From the NCBI GenBank assembly GCA_043827405.1, contig JBDRPD010000108.1:57617-121616 (forward strand): a stretch of DNA of 64,000 nucleotides, in the 5' to 3' direction. Each line of letters begins with the position of its first letter. Position 1 is the stretch's first letter. This DNA is from Elusimicrobiota bacterium. Lineage in GTDB: Bacteria; Elusimicrobiota; Elusimicrobia; UBA1565. Shown here one piece after another: positions 54,026 to 62,701 of the stretch. The notes beneath the pieces were generated by a model. It saw only the letters and a list, made by a program, of their open reading frames with translations, ran no database searches and had not been told where the DNA came from. The translations under genes and the position numbers were made by a program.

Positions 54026-55051
54026 TCAGCCGTTCGACCGTTCCAGCGCCTCGCGCACGTCTTTGAGGCGCCGGCGGCTGAGGTCGCCCACGATCAGGTA
54101 GTAATACTTGCCGTTCTTCCAGGACAGGAAGCTGCCGGCCCAGGAAACGGCCGCGAATTCGGCGTCCGCGTCATCCTCCTCTTCGCCGGCGGCCGAGAAG
54201 TCGGAAGCGTCAATGGCATAAGGAGAAACAAAAACCGACAGCAGCGACAGGCCGTTGGAGTAGCGAAAGTGCGCCACCGTTTCCCCGGCGAGAGGGATGG
54301 CGCGGACCGTATCCAGACGGTAGCCGAAGGGCAGGGTAGCGTGCCATGCCGTGCCCGTAAAACCGTACCGCGCCAGCGCTCCCGACGACACGATCGCCGC
54401 ACGCTCAGGAGCATTTATGATTTCGATATTGCCGCCGGCCGGCGGCTTGAACAGCGCGTCATCAAGGTCCTGCTTGATCTCGACATGCGTCAGGCGGGCC
54501 TCCTGGATGCGCTGCCCCGCGTGGCTGCTCTGCCGGCGGTGCATGACGATCCCGCTCCGGGGATCGACCCACAGGACGCGGCGGGAGCCGGCATCCGCCT
54601 TCGGCTGCAGCACTACCCCCTGCGCGCCAACTCCCGAATACTCCTGCACTCCCGCGTCGCGGACCTCGAAGTTTTCGGCCAGCAGCGCCTTGAGCCCGCT
54701 GTCGTTGAGCTCGCCGTGGCGGATGCGCCGGATATCGCGCGCCAAGACCACGTCGGAGCCCGCGCGCTGGACCCACTCCCGGGCGCCGTTTTGAACCGTG
54801 GTCTTAATGACGCCGCCGGCGGAGTCCAGCACCTCATGGCGCCAGCGATTGGGCGGTTTGTAGTAAACGCGCACCTCGTGCGCCCGGCTCTGCTTCCCAT
54901 GCCAGGATACGACGAGCTTTTGGCCCATGTACGCCGTCTTGGGCGGCAGCACGACGAGCTCCAACAGCTTGTCCTTGGATATCGGCGCCGCCTCGCCGAA
55001 CACCGGTACGGCGAGAGCGGCCAGCAGCAGCGGCAGCGCGCCGCGGCTCAC
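54026..55051 (-). CDS. MucB/RseB-like periplasmic sigma-E regulator
   Basis: Signal peptide; LolA-like N-domain (RRVLWVDPRSGIVM); C-domain LPFGYRL, HFRYSNGLSLLSVF, LIVGDL; GTGA overlap. Confidence 0.8.
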   Translation of the reverse strand: MSRGALPLLLAALAVPVFGEAAPISKDKLLELVVLPPKTAYMGQKLVVSWHGKQSRAHEVRVYYKPPNRWRHEVLDSAGGVIKTTVQNGAREWVQRAGSDVVLARDIRRIRHGELNDSGLKALLAENFEVRDAGVQEYSGVGAQGVVLQPKADAGSRRVLWVDPRSGIVMHRRQSSHAGQRIQEARLTHVEIKQDLDDALFKPPAGGNIEIINAPERAAIVSSGALARYGFTGTAWHATLPFGYRLDTVRAIPLAGETVAHFRYSNGLSLLSVFVSPYAIDASDFSAAGEEEDDADAEFAAVSWAGSFLSWKNGKYYYLIVGDLSRRRLKDVREALERSNG

Positions 55052-55533
55052 CGCATGCCCTGGTTGTGCGCGATGAAGTCGTACGGCGCCGCGACGAGGA
55101 TCGCCCGTTGGATATCCGCCGACTTGCGGCTGGAGCGCACATGCTCCGCCAGCAGCGTCCGCAGCAGAACCTTGGGCTCCTCCTCTCGCGGCAGCCACTG
55201 TGTGGCGGCAAAGGCCAGCATAACCGCGGCCATGGCGCCCGCCAGCGCCCAGCGCGGCGCCGCCGGCAGCAGGAAGCTCGACCACGACCGCGGCATGACC
55301 GGCTCGGCCGCCCCCGCCTCGTCGATCATCCCGGCGATCCGCGCCCGCAGAACTTCCGGCAAAGGGCGGATGGACTTTTCCGCGAGCACCGCCTTGGCCC
55401 GCTCCAGTCCCAGATGCTCCGCACGGCAGGCGGCGCAGTCCCGCAGATGCTCCACCAGCGGCACTCTCTCCACCGGCGCCAGCGCCGCGTCCACATAAGC
55501 GGAAATCGATTCTAATGCTTTGCCGCAGTCCAT
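55048..55533 (-). CDS. ZAS-type transmembrane anti-sigma factor
   Basis: MDC..ALESISAYVD..L, HLRDCAAC, single TM. Confidence 0.88.
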   Translation of the reverse strand: MDCGKALESISAYVDAALAPVERVPLVEHLRDCAACRAEHLGLERAKAVLAEKSIRPLPEVLRARIAGMIDEAGAAEPVMPRSWSSFLLPAAPRWALAGAMAAVMLAFAATQWLPREEEPKVLLRTLLAEHVRSSRKSADIQRAILVAAPYDFIAHNQGMR

Positions 55534-56102
55534 AATATGCCTCCCGCAACGTAATAGGGCTCGATAATCTTCTTTAAAATCTGCCGGCCGCGGAAAATTC
55601 GCGAGCGTACGGTACCGATAGGCAGCCGCAGAAAGCGCGAGATATCTTCATAGCTCATTCCCATTAGGTCGCAAAGAGCCAACGGTTCGCGATAGACCGC
55701 AGGAGTTCGACCCAGCGCCGCGCGGACCATCGATCTTTCTTCCTGCGCGGCCAGTTCCTGCTCGGGGAGCCGCGCCCGATCGCTCTTCCGCTCGCCCAGC
55801 GTCCGCCGATCGTCCCCGCCGTCGTCCGCCTCGTCAAGCGACACGGTCGGCCGCGTCTTCTGCCGCCGCTTGACGTCGAAATAGACGTTCTGCACGATCT
55901 TGTAAAGCCAGCTCTCAAACGGCCGCGCCGGATCGTAGCGCGCGAAGCTCTTCAAAGCGCGGGCGAATGCCTCGGCGGTGATATCCGCCGCCTCCTGCTC
56001 GCCGCCGGCCAAAGTCACGGCAAACGAATAAATCCGGTCCCCTTTCTCCTCGAGCAGGCGGCGAAACATCTCCCGGCGCGCCTGGTTGAGGCTGCCGCTC
56101 AT
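55512..56102 (-). CDS. ECF sigma factor (RpoE-like), autoregulated
   Basis: AADITAEAF, FESWLYKIVQN, SYEDIS..L..PIGTVRSRIFRGR; ECF promoter at 56141-56114; AGGAG SD. Confidence 0.92.
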   Translation of the reverse strand: MSGSLNQARREMFRRLLEEKGDRIYSFAVTLAGGEQEAADITAEAFARALKSFARYDPARPFESWLYKIVQNVYFDVKRRQKTRPTVSLDEADDGGDDRRTLGERKSDRARLPEQELAAQEERSMVRAALGRTPAVYREPLALCDLMGMSYEDISRFLRLPIGTVRSRIFRGRQILKKIIEPYYVAGGILWTAAKH

Positions 56103-56113
56103 GCGGCTCCTAG

Positions 56114-56236
56114 TACTACGCAGAACGCCATGGGAAGTTCCATCAATAAACTCCGCGGCCGGCCGCGGCCGCACCCACATATTAGCCGATTTCACGACTT
56201 CCCCGCCGGGAACTTTCTCCCGGTTGCCGCGTAGTC
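56114..56236. promoter_or_regulatory. Divergent ECF promoters (sigma autoregulation and exported protein/amidohydrolase)
   Basis: GGAACTT-N14-CGTAGTA on - (56141-56114); GGAACTT-N14-CGTAGTC on + (56209-56236). Confidence 0.85.
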
Positions 56237-56244
56237 TTTCGAGA

Positions 56245-56664
56245 ATGCTGCCCAGGACGATGCTTGCCGTCGGCGCCCTATTGGCGCTGCTCGCGCTCCC
56301 CGGCGCGGCGGGCGACGACGCCGCCGGGGCGAAAGCCGCGCCCGCGGAACGCGAAGCCGTCGTCGTCGAGGTAGACGTGAAGGCGAAAATCCTGCGCGTC
56401 CACGAAGCGCACAGCTCGACGACGACTCTCCGCGTGACGGCGCGCTGGACCCTCACCGCCGGCTGCGGCCGCGAAAATATCCGGCTCGCCGACATCCGCA
56501 CCGGCGACCGCGTCCGCTACCGGGACCGACAGCTGCACGTCGAAGGCCGCTGCCGCAAGACGCCGCCGGCGCAGGAAGAAGACCAGGACCGCTATATCGA
56601 GGAGCTCGACGACCAGAACTATGCAAGCGCCGACACAACCTGGAGCCGGCCCAAAGAGGATTAA
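56245..56664 (+). CDS. Small exported OB-fold-like protein with acidic tail
   Basis: Signal peptide; VVVEVDVKAKILRV...LADIRTGDRVRY pattern. Confidence 0.6.
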   Translation: MLPRTMLAVGALLALLALPGAAGDDAAGAKAAPAEREAVVVEVDVKAKILRVHEAHSSTTTLRVTARWTLTAGCGRENIRLADIRTGDRVRYRDRQLHVEGRCRKTPPAQEEDQDRYIEELDDQNYASADTTWSRPKED

Positions 56665-56696
56665 ATACTGGCGGCCAGCCGCCAAGGAACGCGCCC

Positions 56697-57386
56697 ATGA
56701 AGCTCCCCCTCATTATTTCCGTCCCGCACGCGGGCGTGCGCGTCCCGTCCGAGGTCGGCGGTCTATGCCGGCTCTCGCCTGAAGAGATAGCCGCCGACGG
56801 CGACGTCGGCGCGCGCGAAATATTCGCTATTGAAAACGAGGTCGAACACCACGTAACCACCGACATTTCACGGGTCTTCGCCGACCTGAACCGCGCGCCG
56901 GACGATCTCGGCAAGGACGGCGCGGTGAAGTCCCATACCCTGTGGGATGTCCGCGTCTACTGCCGGCCGCTCAAGGAGCAGGAGAAAATGCGGCTGATCG
57001 AGAGCTACCACCGGCCCTACCACCGCCGGCTCGCGGAACATGCGCGCGCCGACGTGCGCCTCGGCATCGACTGCCACACCATGGCGCCCGCTGGTCCGGC
57101 GCTCGCGCCGGACCCGGGAATGACGCGGCCGGAAATCTGCCTATGCAATGCCGGCGGAACCTGCCCGCAGCCGTGGTTCGATGCCCTCGCCGCATGCCTG
57201 GAGCAGACCTTCGAGCTCTATGTCGCGCGCAACGAGCCGTTCGCCGGAGGGTATATCATCAGCGAGCATTCCAAGGAGCTGCCTTGGGTACAGTTATTAT
57301 TCTCGAGCGCGCCGTTCATGAGCTCGCGGAAAAAACGCGAAGGGCTTCTGGATGCCCTCGAGCGCTGGTGCCGTCGACGGCTGTAG
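56697..57386 (+). CDS. Second N-formylglutamate amidohydrolase family protein
   Basis: ISVPHAG, SRVFADLNRAP, YHRPYHRRL, IDCHTM, NEPFAGGYI. Confidence 0.88.
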   Translation: MKLPLIISVPHAGVRVPSEVGGLCRLSPEEIAADGDVGAREIFAIENEVEHHVTTDISRVFADLNRAPDDLGKDGAVKSHTLWDVRVYCRPLKEQEKMRLIESYHRPYHRRLAEHARADVRLGIDCHTMAPAGPALAPDPGMTRPEICLCNAGGTCPQPWFDALAACLEQTFELYVARNEPFAGGYIISEHSKELPWVQLLFSSAPFMSSRKKREGLLDALERWCRRRL

Positions 57387-57407
57387 GAAAATGCGCGCCC
57401 GCGGCGT

Positions 57408-57608
57408 TCAGCCGTCGTCTTCTTCTTCGGCGCCCGCGTCCGGCGCCTCTTCGGCGGGGCGGTAATTGCTCGCCACCCACCGCAGGAACCACGCCGGCTG
57501 GGCGATGATCACATAGGCGGCGAGCAGGCTGGTCAGCGGCACGAAAAAAACCGCCGTATCCACCAGCACGATGCAGAACGCGAGCAGTACCCGGTGATGT
57601 GTTTTCAT
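57408..57608 (-). CDS. Small membrane protein (66 aa) with acidic tail
   Basis: Hydrophobic hairpin; GGAG SD; ECF promoter upstream. Confidence 0.7.
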   Translation of the reverse strand: MKTHHRVLLAFCIVLVDTAVFFVPLTSLLAAYVIIAQPAWFLRWVASNYRPAEEAPDAGAEEEDDG

Positions 57609-57618
57609 CCGTCTCCAA

Positions 57619-57646
57619 GACTACTATTTATCGGCCGATAAGTTCC
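57619..57646 (-). promoter_or_regulatory. ECF promoter variant containing a 14-bp palindrome
   Basis: GGAACTT-N14-AGTAGTC; TTATCGGCCGATAA at 57628-57641. Confidence 0.7.
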
Positions 57647-57731
57647 CATCCGCGCGATGCCGGAGCCGGCGAGAGCAGCCGAATACACAGGCAGGGCCTT
57701 GTCCCGGCTTGCCGCACATTTGATGCTCGAA

Positions 57732-58181
57732 CTAACGGAAGTAATAACGCAGGCCCAGCCCCGCGTCCAAACCGACGCTGGTGCCCGGGGTCAAACGGAA
57801 GACGGGAGCGACTTCCAGGAATATCTCCACGGGATTGCGCGGCAGCCAGTACGCCAGCCCGGCGACCGCGCGAATACCGAACTCCGCGGTATGGAAGGTC
57901 CGAACCTGCGCACCCAGGCCGAAATAGACGGGCAGTTTCCCTTCGGGCGGCTGCGGGAGAACCTTCCAACCATGCCAGAGATAGTCCCCATACACGGCCA
58001 ATTTTGTGCTGAAGCCTATGCCCATGTCCACGGCCTGCGCCTCGTTAATCCAGACTTTGCCCGTGACGCCTGTGGGATTACCGAGAATGACGCCGGCGCC
58101 CATGTCCCCCGTCTTCTGTGCCCAAAGAGGACTTGCACCGGTTACGACCAGGCATACGAATGCTAGTAGTGTGTTTTTCAT
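57732..58181 (-). CDS. Small outer-membrane beta-barrel protein
   Basis: Signal peptide; GAGVILGNPTGVTGK; C-terminal GLGLRYYFR. Confidence 0.75.
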   Translation of the reverse strand: MKNTLLAFVCLVVTGASPLWAQKTGDMGAGVILGNPTGVTGKVWINEAQAVDMGIGFSTKLAVYGDYLWHGWKVLPQPPEGKLPVYFGLGAQVRTFHTAEFGIRAVAGLAYWLPRNPVEIFLEVAPVFRLTPGTSVGLDAGLGLRYYFR

Positions 58182-58316
58182 TCAATCTCCATCCGCGATG
58201 TCTAAAGCTCTACCCCCCAAGTATGGCAGAGAAATAATAATTTAAAAAATAGATAATATTGTAAAATTCCATCTATAAAACTTATGGTACCACCGCGCGG
58301 CCGCTCGCTGGCGGCA

Positions 58317-58344
58317 TGAAACCTTTCCGCTACTCGACTGTATA
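58317..58344 (+). promoter_or_regulatory. SigW-like ECF promoter
   Basis: TGAAAC-N16-TGTATA upstream of ECF gene 58365. Confidence 0.55.
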
Positions 58345-58364
58345 ACTAGGTAAGCGCGCTGATT

Positions 58365-58883
58365 ATGGAACAGCCCGACCGGGACATCGCAGCGGACGTG
58401 CTCGCCGGAGACCAAGCGGTCTTCCGCGTTATCGTCGAGCGCTATCAGGACCGGCTGTTCGACCTTGCGCTGCGGATGACGCGCAGCCGGCAGGACGCAG
58501 AGGACCTCGTGCAGACGGCTTTCATCCGGATGTTCGCAAAATTAAAAAGCTACGACCGCCGCTACGCCTTTTCGACCTGGGCCTATACGATCACGCTGAA
58601 CCTCGTTCGCAACCATCAGCGGCGCAAGCGCCTGATCCGTTTTCTGTCGCTGGAGGCCGCGCCCGAGCCGCGGGCCGAGGACGCGCCGGCGCCGCGGCTC
58701 GAGCGCGCGATCGCGGAGCTGCCGGAGACTCTGCGCGAGGCCTTCGTGCTCCACTATATCCACGAGGAACCGGTGAGGGCGGTCGCCGAGATGCTGGGCG
58801 TGAGCGAGAACGCGGCCAAGCTTAGGCTGCTGCGGGCGCGCGGCGCGCTGCGTGAACGGATACAGGGTGATCTGAATGGATGA
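58365..58883 (+). CDS. ECF sigma factor (SigW-like)
   Basis: DAEDLVQTAF, FSTWAYTITLN, VAEMLGVSENAAKLRLLRAR. Confidence 0.92.
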   Translation: MEQPDRDIAADVLAGDQAVFRVIVERYQDRLFDLALRMTRSRQDAEDLVQTAFIRMFAKLKSYDRRYAFSTWAYTITLNLVRNHQRRKRLIRFLSLEAAPEPRAEDAPAPRLERAIAELPETLREAFVLHYIHEEPVRAVAEMLGVSENAAKLRLLRARGALRERIQGDLNG

Positions 58884-59301
58884 CTTCGAGAAAGAATTGA
58901 GGGCCGCCTGCGGCGAGCTGCCCCGGCATAAGCCGGAGCAGAGCCTGTGGCCCGCCGTCGAGCGCCGGCTCGAGCCGCGGCGCCTGCCGCTCGTCCCGGT
59001 GTTCGCGTTCGCGGCCGCCGCGGCCGTTCTCGCGCTCATCCTGCGGCCGAGCCCCGACGACCCGGCGGCGCCGGTACCGCCGCGCGCGCGCGTTTCCGTC
59101 GAGATCGTCAAGGCGGCCGCGCCTGAACCGGTCTTTGTCGCGGTCCGTCCGGTCGACGAGCGGCGGCCCAACGGCCATCCCCTGTTCGCCAAGGTCGGCC
59201 GACCCGTCGATCTCAAGGCGTCGCGCGAGCGGCAGGACGACGCGGCTTTTCCTTTTATCGACCGGCCGGTTAAGATCGACGACATTTTCCAGTCTTTATG
59301 A
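58876..59301 (+). CDS. Putative transmembrane anti-sigma factor
   Basis: Overlaps the sigma stop; short cytoplasmic SLWPAVERRL, one TM, Pro-rich extracytoplasmic part. Confidence 0.65.
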   Translation: MDDFEKELRAACGELPRHKPEQSLWPAVERRLEPRRLPLVPVFAFAAAAAVLALILRPSPDDPAAPVPPRARVSVEIVKAAAPEPVFVAVRPVDERRPNGHPLFAKVGRPVDLKASRERQDDAAFPFIDRPVKIDDIFQSL

Positions 59302-59324
59302 GACAGAAAAACAGGAGGCAGGTT

Positions 59325-59771
59325 ATGAGCAATACATGGACAAGGCTGACGATGGCCGTCTGCCTGGCGGGCTTCATGGCCGCCGGCGCCGTCGCCGAAG
59401 ACAAGAAGTCGGCGGACAAAGAGGCAAAAGCGTGGCACGGGTATCGGAGCTTCATGCTGCCGGTGGATGCGTACGTGACGCAGTACCTGAAGAAAGAGGA
59501 CCGGATCGATCTCCTCGTCACCTTCGACGCTCAAGTCAAGGACGTCAAGGAGAAGGTCACGGCGACCATACTGCAGAACGTGCTGGTCATCGACGTGCGG
59601 CCGATGGCCGGCGAGACCAAGGCCTCGCTGCTCCTGCTGATGAATCCGAAGGAGGCGCAGTACACGGCGCTTTCGCTCGTGCAGGGGGAGGTCGTCGTCA
59701 TCAAACGCCAGGAAGGGGACACGGAGATGACGCCGATGGAGATGTCGAGCTTCCGCAAGCTGTTCCGCTAG
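59325..59771 (+). CDS. Exported stand-alone CpaB/RcpC-like domain protein
   Basis: Signal peptide; GYRSFMLPV...KKEDRIDLLVTF...TATILQNVLVIDV...LLMNPKEAQ; no SAF domain; AGGAGG SD. Confidence 0.75.
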   Translation: MSNTWTRLTMAVCLAGFMAAGAVAEDKKSADKEAKAWHGYRSFMLPVDAYVTQYLKKEDRIDLLVTFDAQVKDVKEKVTATILQNVLVIDVRPMAGETKASLLLLMNPKEAQYTALSLVQGEVVVIKRQEGDTEMTPMEMSSFRKLFR

Positions 59772-59783
59772 GGCGGTACTCCC

Positions 59784-61286
59784 ATGCGGCGGGCTCTTCT
59801 CTATATCCCGGCGGGGCTGCTGTTCTTCTTGGCGGGCCGCACGATGTCGGAGCGCGGTAAGCCGGAGCCCGACTTCGGGTGGGCGGCGACCTCCTCGCAG
59901 GCGATCGCGCTCCATGAGCAGGGCCTCTACGCCGAGGCCCTGCTTCCCGCCGCGGAGACCTTGCAGATCGCCGAGGGCTTCGGCGAAAACGACTTCCGGA
60001 TCGTCTACTCTCTCGACCTGACCGGCAGGATCTACCGCCGGATCGGAAGGCTCGAAGAGGCGGAGGACCTGCACCGCCGCGCCGTCGAAATCAACCAGAA
60101 GACGCTCGCCGCCGATGATATCAAGCATGTCTTCTATCTCGGCAATCTCGCCGACGCCCTGGCGGCGCGGGGCAAGTTCGACGAGGCGGAGCCGCTGTAT
60201 TACCGCGTTCTCGCGCTGCACCGCCGGGCGGCGGACGAGTTCAGCAACCCGGTCGCCCGCGACTGGGCGCGGATCGGCACGCTCTACAAGAACTGGGGTC
60301 TTTATAAGCGGGCAGGCGAGACCTTCCGGCGCGTGGGCGCGATAACCGAGAGGATCGACGCGCCTGATCCCATGGTGAGCGCCGATAGGACTTCCGCCAT
60401 GTGCGGGATGCTCCTTAAGAAGGGCTGGCCGCTGGTCGCGCGGCCGCTGGCGCGGAACAGATTCCTCAAGGATGTCGATCCCCAGGAAGACGCCGCAGCG
60501 CTCTGCGCGCAGGCCCTAAGCCTGCGCCTGGCGCGGCTGCCGCCGGATCATCCCGACCTGGCCGAGGCGCACAGCGACATGGGGCTCGTCAGCTTGAGAA
60601 AGGGAGACCTGGAGGCTGCGGAGGAGCACCTCGCCAGCGCGCTGCGCATCTACGGCCGCAATTCCCGCGCCGAGGCGGCGCGCCAGGCGGAGGCGCGGCT
60701 GAACCTGGCGGAGCTGCGCGCTGCCCAGGGCCGGATCGCGGAGGCCAAGGATATGTTTTCCGCGCTGCTGCCGCAGTACGAACATGTCCTGGGCGTCGAT
60801 CACTACGCCGTGGTCCGGCGGGTCATGGACATCGCCCGCTTTCACGCCGCCGCCGGAGACTACGCCGCCGCCGAGGCGCTTTATCGGAAGGCGGCCGTGC
60901 GGCAGGCCGAGTCGCCGCAGGCGGATAGGGCCGATCGCGAATACCTGCTGTCCAGGATCGCCGAGCTTTACTGGATGCGCGGAAAGTACGAGGAAGCCGA
61001 GGCCTATTACCGGCGCGCGGTCGAGGCCAACGAGATTGAGAACGGTCTCGACGATCGGAGCGTCCTCGATACCCTGCATGCGCTGGCCCGTCTCTACGCT
61101 CAGCGTCGCCGGTCCGTCGAGCTGAACCTATGCGTCGAGCGCATGCAGCGGATATTGGAGAGAAATCTAGGCATCCGCCATCGCGCCAATAGCGCCGCGT
61201 ATCATGCGATAATGAGGCTGTACCGGGACGCCGACATCGCGCCGCCTCGACGTCTCTTCGCGAAGCGGGCGAGCGGACTGCGCTGA
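59784..61286 (+). CDS. Anchored TPR protein (kinesin-light-chain-like repeats)
   Basis: LGNLADALAARGKFDEAEPLYYRVL, DHPDLAEAHSDMG, GKYEEAEAYYRRA. Confidence 0.85.
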   Translation: MRRALLYIPAGLLFFLAGRTMSERGKPEPDFGWAATSSQAIALHEQGLYAEALLPAAETLQIAEGFGENDFRIVYSLDLTGRIYRRIGRLEEAEDLHRRAVEINQKTLAADDIKHVFYLGNLADALAARGKFDEAEPLYYRVLALHRRAADEFSNPVARDWARIGTLYKNWGLYKRAGETFRRVGAITERIDAPDPMVSADRTSAMCGMLLKKGWPLVARPLARNRFLKDVDPQEDAAALCAQALSLRLARLPPDHPDLAEAHSDMGLVSLRKGDLEAAEEHLASALRIYGRNSRAEAARQAEARLNLAELRAAQGRIAEAKDMFSALLPQYEHVLGVDHYAVVRRVMDIARFHAAAGDYAAAEALYRKAAVRQAESPQADRADREYLLSRIAELYWMRGKYEEAEAYYRRAVEANEIENGLDDRSVLDTLHALARLYAQRRRSVELNLCVERMQRILERNLGIRHRANSAAYHAIMRLYRDADIAPPRRLFAKRASGLR

Positions 61287-61293
61287 GTCGGCA

Positions 61294-61335
61294 CTTTACG
61301 AATAGCTTTACTTATACTTTACTTATTATTATACT
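61294..61335 (+). promoter_or_regulatory. CTTTAC direct repeats over the Fic promoter, TATACT -10
   Basis: CTTTAC at 61294, 61306 and 61317; TATACT at 61330-61335, 6 nt before ATG. Confidence 0.55.
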
Positions 61336-61341
61336 ATCCCT

Positions 61342-62346
61342 ATGGCCTACACTCCCTCCTTCCAGGCTACGCCCCATCTCCTCAAGGTTTTGGAGGAAAT
61401 CGCCGCGCTGAACGCCCGCATACAGGGAGCCACGGTAGGGGTTAGCTGGATTCCTTCGCTCCAGAAGGAAGCCGCCGCTCGGCAGGCACACGGCTCCACG
61501 GCCATCGAAGGGAATCCCCTGACCTTGGCCGAAGTGAAGGTTTTGGCGGAAGGCGGAAACCTGCCGCACGCCAGGCCGAGAGCCGTCCAAGAGGTGCTGA
61601 ACTACTTCGCGGTTCTGAGATTCATCGAGAAGCACGCCAAGGCACGGGCGATCGGGGTTCGCGACGTTCTCAGGCTCCACTCCATCATCGGGCAGAAGGG
61701 AGCTCTGGATCGCGAGCCGGTAGGACTATTCCGCCCCTACGCGGTCCGGGTTGGCGATCATCTTCCACCTACCGCCAATAAGGTCCCGGGCCTAATGAAA
61801 GACCTGCTCGAATGGATCAACGGCCCCGGCAGGGCATGGCCCGCGGTTGTTAGTTCCGCGATCCTTCACTATCAGTTCGAGTACATCCATCCCTTCGGCG
61901 ACGGCAACGGACGCGTAGGCCGAGCCTTGGCCGCCTGGGAGCTCTATCGGCGCCAATTCGATAACCAGCATATCTTCGCGAGCGACGAGATCCTGCTGGA
62001 AGACAGGCAGGCCTACTACCGCGCGCTCCACCGCGCCCAAGCCGAAGGCCACGATCTCACCGGATGGGTCGAATTCATCGCGGAGGCGCTCAACGAGGCG
62101 CTCAATCGCACATGGAAGCGCATCGAGACGGTCAGCGCTTCAGGCAAGGGCAAGGCGTTGACGCTGACCCCGCGGCAAGAGCGCTTGCTGGCCCTGCTCA
62201 GGCAGGGACCTCTCGGCATCCTGGAAATTCAGAAAGCGCTCGGCGTCACCAAACCCGGCGCCCATCACATACTCAAGCCTCTATTGGGCGCCAGTCTCGT
62301 CAAGCGCGAGGGCGGGCACAAGACCGGCAAGTATCGGATCACATGA
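61342..62346 (+). CDS. Fic family protein (class II, N-terminal inhibitory helix, C-terminal wHTH)
   Basis: STAIEGN inhibitory motif; HPFGDGNGRVGR catalytic motif; C-terminal HTH-like segment. Confidence 0.93.
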   Translation: MAYTPSFQATPHLLKVLEEIAALNARIQGATVGVSWIPSLQKEAAARQAHGSTAIEGNPLTLAEVKVLAEGGNLPHARPRAVQEVLNYFAVLRFIEKHAKARAIGVRDVLRLHSIIGQKGALDREPVGLFRPYAVRVGDHLPPTANKVPGLMKDLLEWINGPGRAWPAVVSSAILHYQFEYIHPFGDGNGRVGRALAAWELYRRQFDNQHIFASDEILLEDRQAYYRALHRAQAEGHDLTGWVEFIAEALNEALNRTWKRIETVSASGKGKALTLTPRQERLLALLRQGPLGILEIQKALGVTKPGAHHILKPLLGASLVKREGGHKTGKYRIT

Positions 62347-62399
62347 GTACGCTTGACGAGAAAAGGCCGGCAGAACCCGCGGGCGCTCCGCATGGAGAA

Positions 62400-62699
62400 A
62401 CCGGATGAGTTCGCCCCCCTGCGCGAGGTCCTTGCCCGCCTTGGTTCGAAAGGCGGCCTCCCTCTCTTCCGAAACCAGAATCTTATGCAGCGCGAACCTC
62501 GCCGGATCCGGCACGAGGACGAGGAAGCCGCCCCGTTCGGGCACCGCCGCCCGCTGAGGGTTCTCGAGCAGGAAGTCCAGGTACGAAAGGGGGTGAGCGC
62601 TCGTCTTCAGACGCGGCAACGGTACCGGCCGGCCTCCGCGAGGAGGCGGTCGAAGAGTTCCGAATAGAGGTCCTGAGTCTGGGCGGGCAGTCGCTCCAT
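62400..62699 (-). pseudogene. Internally deleted, frameshifted GSU2403-like nucleotidyltransferase remnant
   Basis: ATG 62699 MERLPAQTQDLYSELFD (stop 62607) joins out of frame to PVPLPRLKTSAHPLSYLDFLL...VPDPARFALHKILVS...KAGKDLAQ, resembling the two ends of that family. Confidence 0.6.
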
Positions 62700-62701
62700 G
62701 G

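Noticed and set aside
58220..58290. AT-rich tract as a replication origin or mobile-element end
   Set aside because: No DnaA boxes, iterons or transposase; consistent with an ordinary divergent promoter region.
39584..59771. Long antisense/alternate-frame ORFs (e.g. 39584-41128, 43022-44467, 53714-55498, 58542-60221)
   Set aside because: They are shadows of well-supported genes, expected in high-GC DNA, and carry no recognisable motifs.
62353..62667. 104-aa plus-strand ORF as a Fic antitoxin
   Set aside because: It is antisense to the nucleotidyltransferase remnant, and the Fic protein already has its own inhibitory motif.
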